Shown here: one piece after another, positions 59,043 to 64,000 of the stretch
How the letters are laid out: the number at the start of each line of letters is the position of its first letter
How positions within the stretch are numbered: the stretch's first letter is position 1
Assembly (NCBI GenBank): GCA_016187565.1
Contig: JACPJR010000031.1
Coordinates: 9,796 to 73,795, forward strand
Direction: 5' to 3'
Length of the DNA: 64,000 nucleotides
From: Candidatus Woesearchaeota archaeon
GTDB taxonomy: Archaea; Nanobdellota; Nanobdellia; Woesearchaeales; JACPJR01
Made by a program: the position numbers and the translations under genes
The notes under the pieces: generated by a model
The model's database searches: none
Seen by the model: the letters and a program-made list of their open reading frames with translations, nothing else
Told to the model about the DNA's origin: nothing

Positions 59043-61012
59043 ATTTCAAAACAAATCAAGGACTTTCTCTTCGTAACATCATCTTTACTCTTGTTATTCC
59101 ACTTTTCTTTTATTTTTTCTCTCTTTTTTCTGCTTTTCTTGCATTTCCACTTCCAGCAAAAATGTTCCTCTCCTTTTACGTGTTTATTCTCTTTCCAGGA
59201 CACCTTCTGTCTTTACTTCTTTTTCACACCATGAGAAGAACAGCACTTCTCCATCTGTTTTTTTCTTTTGCCTCAGGCCTTTTGTTTTTGAGTGTATTCT
59301 CACTGATAGGCTATGTATTTCAGACTTCTCTTACCTTTATTTTTTTTCTTGTTATCGCTCTTACTTTTATTCTCACTCTTTTGATTGTTTTGCTCCCTTA
59401 TATATCTTCGCTTCGATTTTCTCTTCCCACTTTCTCTGAAACTTCTTCTTCTATTTTTCCTGTGCTTATTATCCTTTTTTTAATGCTCTTCATTTCATTT
59501 GTTGGCTACACGCATCCTGCTCCTGATACAGGTGATATTTGGTATAATATGGCTGTGAACCGAGAGATGGTTATCCTTGATGCTATTTCTCCTTTTATCC
59601 CCATTCTTAATATTCCTGAAATAGACCCCGCCTACGGTCTTAACACTTGGTATGTTATGACTTCCCTTATGGTTAAACTATCTGGCGTTGATCCAGTATT
59701 CTTTAATACTCATCTTTCTTTCCTTGTACTTCCTTTTTTTCTTGTTGCCTTTTTTGCATTTGGTATGCGATTGTTTGAGAATAACCAGACAATGGGATAT
59801 CTTTCCGCTATCCTTGGGTTTCTCTTTCTTGTAATTCAGCCATTCCTTGACTACATTTATTATTCGGGCTTTCAGCGATATATCATGCTTTTTTTTATTA
59901 TGCCATTCCTATTCTACCTCACTTTTGAATATCTCTCCCGGCCGACTACTTCTCTGCGGTTTATAATTGCAATTACAGTTTCTCTTTTTTCATGGTTTCA
60001 CTCGATGGTACTCTTTCTTTTTTTTCTTGCGCTCGTATTTTTTGCTCTAGGAGTGATACTCTTTTCAAAGAGTTTTCATGATGTTTTTTCTTCTCAATCC
60101 CATTTTCACCGAATTGTTCTATTATTTTTCCTATCTTTTCTCTTGAGCACACCCACTATTCTTGTCAAATTTTTTAACTATGGCGCTGGAGGAATTCCTC
60201 CAACGTATCCTACTCAGCTATTTCTATCTAAAACTCTCTTTCTTATCAACCCAATTTCTTATCTAAAAATGCCCGTTATTCTCTCGCTGTTTGTTTGCGT
60301 TCCTCTTTTTTTCTTCAAACGAGAAAAAATCTGGTCAGTGTTTCTTGTATCTCTCTTTTTCTTTCCCCTTATTGTTCTATTTACTCCCCCATTAATAACG
60401 TTTCTCTCTACTATCCTTTCCATTCGCCTGCTTGTTAAAATGGACTATCTTATGCCACTTGTTTACCTCTTGGCATATGGATTATTCATCTTCCTTTCCT
60501 TTATTACTACCCATTCTTTTTTCAGTCAACGAAAAAAAACGATTGTATTTCTGATCGTTCCTTTAATTCTCTTTGGTGCTCTACTCCTTCTCGTTCCAGC
60601 CTCTGCAAATCTTACAAAGGGAAGCATTCAGGCATGGAAAACAAAGCAACCATTCTCCTTAAAACCTACTGAATTATTTATGCAAGAAACCCTTACACCA
60701 GGAAGTACGCTTACTTCGAGTGATGTCATTGCGAATCTTGCGATTAGTTCTCGAGTACCTGTCTTTGTACTTACTATTTATGGTGGACATCTTCCGTCAC
60801 TTAACCTTACGGAGCGTGTGCAAGCGATGAATATCATTTTCAATTCTTCCACAAGTATTAACGATACACTTATGTCTCTTCAAACCTATAACATTACCTA
60901 CATTTATGTGAATACAGAAAAAGATGATCCACAAAAATTCGTTGTATCGCCTCTCCATTTCAGGGAGGTCTACAGCAAAGATGGCAAGATGATTTTTCAG
61001 ATGAATCAATAA
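59039..61012 (+). CDS. Large polytopic membrane protein, possible GT-C glycosyltransferase
   Basis: Many TM segments, an early loop with GDIWY, and a soluble C-terminus ending YNITYIYV. Confidence 0.6.
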   Translation: MNFKTNQGLSLRNIIFTLVIPLFFYFFSLFSAFLAFPLPAKMFLSFYVFILFPGHLLSLLLFHTMRRTALLHLFFSFASGLLFLSVFSLIGYVFQTSLTFIFFLVIALTFILTLLIVLLPYISSLRFSLPTFSETSSSIFPVLIILFLMLFISFVGYTHPAPDTGDIWYNMAVNREMVILDAISPFIPILNIPEIDPAYGLNTWYVMTSLMVKLSGVDPVFFNTHLSFLVLPFFLVAFFAFGMRLFENNQTMGYLSAILGFLFLVIQPFLDYIYYSGFQRYIMLFFIMPFLFYLTFEYLSRPTTSLRFIIAITVSLFSWFHSMVLFLFFLALVFFALGVILFSKSFHDVFSSQSHFHRIVLLFFLSFLLSTPTILVKFFNYGAGGIPPTYPTQLFLSKTLFLINPISYLKMPVILSLFVCVPLFFFKREKIWSVFLVSLFFFPLIVLFTPPLITFLSTILSIRLLVKMDYLMPLVYLLAYGLFIFLSFITTHSFFSQRKKTIVFLIVPLILFGALLLLVPASANLTKGSIQAWKTKQPFSLKPTELFMQETLTPGSTLTSSDVIANLAISSRVPVFVLTIYGGHLPSLNLTERVQAMNIIFNSSTSINDTLMSLQTYNITYIYVNTEKDDPQKFVVSPLHFREVYSKDGKMIFQMNQ

Positions 61013-61689
61013 GCTTTTTTCTGTAATAGTTTTTGTCTCGCGAATTTTAGAATTATCGTTGGTGATAGTAAAGAAATGCCGAAGAGAGGGTTTATTTTCA
61101 TCAGGAAAAGTCCTTGTTGAGAGAACAACCGCTTCATTTCTGTAATAGTATGCCCATACATCTTCACGTCTGGAATGAGGAGTCGGTGTTTAAAAACTTT
61201 AATTGGATAGTACGGGCAATGTTTGTTCTTTATTTCTATGATTATTTCTTTTTTTGTTCCAATACAAATATTAGTAATAACTTTCTTGAGTGCTGATGGG
61301 CTAATGTAGAGGAGAACCCCTAACATTACTGTAGTATCATACTTGTTCTGCAAAGGAAAATGAATGTCATGCACAGAGAAAGAGACATTCTCTGTTTTTG
61401 TTATTTTTTTTAGCTCTTGTGCACGTTGTATCATCCATATGGATGCATCAAGACCGTATACTCTGGTGTGAGGATGTGTTTGTGCCATCATTATGCTGAG
61501 ATCTCCACGCCCACAACCAATGTCCGCAATGGTACTGCTTTCCTTGCTGACCATGCTATTTATTCTTGTTTTCATTTTCTGTTGAAAATAGTAAGAAATA
61601 GACCCTGGCAAAGAGTGTAACCCTTTTTTTTTCTGAGCAATGTTATCGTATGCACTAATAATCTTGTGTCTTTGTTTTATTTCATTCAT
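61006..61689 (-). CDS. Class I SAM-dependent methyltransferase
   Basis: ADIGCGRG, GLDAS and GVLLY motifs. Confidence 0.85.
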   Translation of the reverse strand: MNEIKQRHKIISAYDNIAQKKKGLHSLPGSISYYFQQKMKTRINSMVSKESSTIADIGCGRGDLSIMMAQTHPHTRVYGLDASIWMIQRAQELKKITKTENVSFSVHDIHFPLQNKYDTTVMLGVLLYISPSALKKVITNICIGTKKEIIIEIKNKHCPYYPIKVFKHRLLIPDVKMYGHTITEMKRLFSQQGLFLMKINPLFGISLLSPTIILKFARQKLLQKKAY

Positions 61690-61690
61690 T

Positions 61691-62770
61691 TTATTTTCCA
61701 ATGTGTTTTCTTAATGGTGGTCCAATAATGCGAAGGGCTTCGAGAGGGAATATTGATATAATCTTTTGTGCCACATAAAACTTCCTGTTTTCCGGGTCAA
61801 GGTTGAGATCTACTTTTTTGTATATCTTAAAGAGATAATCAACTTCTTTCTCCTCACCCCCCCATTTTTTCTTATAGATATAAACACCACTGTTCTTTCG
61901 GGTCCTGCACAAATCAAATGTTTCCATTCCTTTGTTTTTTGCATACGTAATCATTGCATCATGGATGCTATAGTGTGGACTTAATGAATTGTATTTTGGA
62001 TCTGAAACCCCATAGAGATAATAAACTGTTTTTTTCCAGCAGACAAAAACCAATGCACTAATCAATCGTTCATTATAATATGCCCCGAGTATATGGTAAT
62101 GTTCTCCAAGAATTTTTTTTTGCAAAGCAAAAAATTTTTTGGGATAGGGTGGGGAGCAAAAGCGTCTCATGGTCTGTAAATAAAGATTGTAAAATGTTTT
62201 CATCTCTTTCTCTTCTACCTCCTTCAGTAAGAGTCGACTAACATTTTTTTTCACTATGCGTTGTACTGACGGAGATCTTAAACTAATTTCTTTTTTTTCC
62301 TGAAGCGGGATAATAAACGTAACATAGGGAGCAGTATGTATGAAGTTATTGTGTTGAAGCACTCCTTTAGAAAGAGGATCATTCATTTGTTGCCCTCTTA
62401 TTTCTATAGCGGAACAATTATTTTTTTTTGCAGTGGAATCGAGTAATGAGAGTATCTGTGGCATGATTTTTTCTTTTTCCTCTTGGTTAAGCTGTGAAGC
62501 AAAACATATACCTCCATAATCAGAAAAAGGGAGTGAAATTATTCTATTCTTGAAGATAAACGATTTAACCAAAAACGCAGGAAATAGAGCGACGACTTTT
62601 CTTGTTTCTTTTTCTCTTGCCATTAGATATTCTGGAATATGCGCAAATGTTTTTTCTATTATTTCCTTCCACTCAAGGCTATGGAATACGGTCGCATGCT
62701 TTTGCTCAGCAACAAACTCTTGCCAATCATGTACATTGTTTGCATTCAGGCTTTCAATGATGAAAGGCAT
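61691..62770 (-). CDS. FemAB-like double-GNAT protein
   Basis: FHSLEW, SLPFSDYGG, FDLCRT and YKKKWG motifs. Confidence 0.82.
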   Translation of the reverse strand: MPFIIESLNANNVHDWQEFVAEQKHATVFHSLEWKEIIEKTFAHIPEYLMAREKETRKVVALFPAFLVKSFIFKNRIISLPFSDYGGICFASQLNQEEKEKIMPQILSLLDSTAKKNNCSAIEIRGQQMNDPLSKGVLQHNNFIHTAPYVTFIIPLQEKKEISLRSPSVQRIVKKNVSRLLLKEVEEKEMKTFYNLYLQTMRRFCSPPYPKKFFALQKKILGEHYHILGAYYNERLISALVFVCWKKTVYYLYGVSDPKYNSLSPHYSIHDAMITYAKNKGMETFDLCRTRKNSGVYIYKKKWGGEEKEVDYLFKIYKKVDLNLDPENRKFYVAQKIISIFPLEALRIIGPPLRKHIGK

Positions 62771-62773
62771 TGT

Positions 62774-63643
62774 TTACTGCCTCCCCAGAAGAGAAAGCTG
62801 ATCAGCAATGAGGCCGAAGAAAAAGACAAGAAATGATACAATAAAGAGAAGAACTGTAGGATCTGAAAGATTGCTTAGCATAATATCATGAATTAGCCAG
62901 CTAAGGGCCACGACAAAAGTCAATATACTTACCGGAAGCAACACTTTCAAAGGGCTGAACAGCATGGTCATACGGAGTATAAGAACAAAAAATCTTACTG
63001 TGTCTTTGAGAGGGTGGATCGTACTTTTTCCTCTTTTTCTTTCTTTAATGTGAATAGGAATGTACTTTACTTGATATCCCTCTTTGAAACAGGCTAATGT
63101 TATTGTTGTTGTAAAGGAGAAGCTGTTTGGTAATATTCCTAGGAAACGTTCTGCAACACTCTTTCGAATGAGCCTAAATCCAGAATTGAGGTCAGGAATC
63201 TTTGTTTCAGCGATATAATTCGCGAACATCTCAATAGCCATCTTTGTTGGTTTTCTTACTAAAGAAGTAGTTTTTGTTCTTTTACCAACTATCATGTCAT
63301 ACTGTTCTTTTTCTCTCAGTAGTCGAGGGATATCTTCCGCGTAGTGTTGTCCGTCTGCATCCATGATCAGAAGATATTCACCTTTTGCTTGGCGAATACC
63401 TGTTTTTAAAGCAGCACCATATCCTCGGTTAAACTGATGAGAAATAAGTTTTACCTTTGGAAAACTTGCAACGACTTCTACGGTTTTATCTGAGGAACCA
63501 TCATTTATCACGAGGATTTCAAAAGCAATCTTAAGACTTTTCAGTATGCTGAGTGTTTCTTCTAAGACGCGGTGAATTGTATTTTCTTCGTTATATGCCG
63601 GAATGACAACACTTATCACAAAAACCCCCACCGAAAGAATCAC
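62774..63643 (-). CDS. GT2 polyprenol-phosphate glycosyltransferase-like protein
   Basis: IPAYNEE, DGSSD, NRGYGAA, DADGQH and DLNSGFR motifs with two C-terminal TM helices; the start may be GTG 63619. Confidence 0.9.
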   Translation of the reverse strand: MILSVGVFVISVVIPAYNEENTIHRVLEETLSILKSLKIAFEILVINDGSSDKTVEVVASFPKVKLISHQFNRGYGAALKTGIRQAKGEYLLIMDADGQHYAEDIPRLLREKEQYDMIVGKRTKTTSLVRKPTKMAIEMFANYIAETKIPDLNSGFRLIRKSVAERFLGILPNSFSFTTTITLACFKEGYQVKYIPIHIKERKRGKSTIHPLKDTVRFFVLILRMTMLFSPLKVLLPVSILTFVVALSWLIHDIMLSNLSDPTVLLFIVSFLVFFFGLIADQLSLLGRQ

Positions 63644-63651
63644 CTTTCCAT

Positions 63652-64000
63652 TTAAAATGGTTTCGTTGTCTTTTTACTTTTCGCAATAATCCGTATGTTT
63701 GAGGAGAAATAGCTCATCAATGGAACTTTTCCAAGAATTTTCTCAAATCTGTACATTGCATGAACAACGGTGTTAATCCCAGGAATTTTGTCTGCATGTT
63801 TGATGCAAGGGATAACATCGCTGTGGAACAACTGTGAATAAAAGGCGTCTTTTTCAATGCTCTTAATAGAAAATCCGGTCTTTTTTAGCGCTTGGATAAG
63901 CTCTTTTGTTTGAAAACCCCGTTCTGTTTTCTCGTCAAATTTTGATGAAACTGTATAAATAAACGTTCTCATGAATCGAATGATAAAAAAATCATCACAC
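63652..64000 (-). CDS. C-terminal part of a gene truncated by the right edge, possibly a methyltransferase
   Basis: The frame is open to the window edge; ELIQALKKTGFSI and the final strand resemble class I MTase C-termini. Confidence 0.5.
   Translation of the reverse strand, partial: CDDFFIIRFMRTFIYTVSSKFDEKTERGFQTKELIQALKKTGFSIKSIEKDAFYSQLFHSDVIPCIKHADKIPGINTVVHAMYRFEKILGKVPLMSYFSSNIRIIAKSKKTTKPF

Noticed and set aside
59039-60600. Extremely T/C-rich tract as non-coding or low-complexity DNA
   Set aside because: It is explained by Phe/Leu/Ser/Ile codons in an uninterrupted membrane-protein ORF.

Overview
Archaeal chromosomal segment, most likely from a DPANN (Woesearchaeota-like) genome. 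The archaeal assignment rests on Cbf5, an archaeal-type AlaRS, SepF, ZPR1, an A1-U72 initiator tRNA and BRE/TATA promoters; the narrower lineage is inferred. About 1-20 kb holds housekeeping and metabolic genes. Within it, an accessory block (13.2-17.6 kb) carries a coupled O-carbamoyltransferase plus RaSEA-like radical SAM pair under a divergent TrmB-type regulator, and an orphan HTH-MNT gene whose partner is truncated. From about 20.2 kb to the window end lies a surface-glycan locus of at least 44 kb. It contains uronic acid and dTDP-rhamnose genes, a pseudaminic-acid pathway lacking PseH, and an ATP-grasp/deacetylase/formyltransferase tailoring set. It also contains a CysDN + AlkP-superfamily sulfate module with no APS kinase or sulfotransferase in the window, a flippase and Wzy-like protein, a polyprenyl-phosphoribose cassette, and a frameshifted GT2. 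Short tandem micro-duplications (9-14 nt) recur at gene starts and stops. No CRISPR array, rRNA, integrase or transposase was seen. All family calls come from motif recognition by eye, not database searches.
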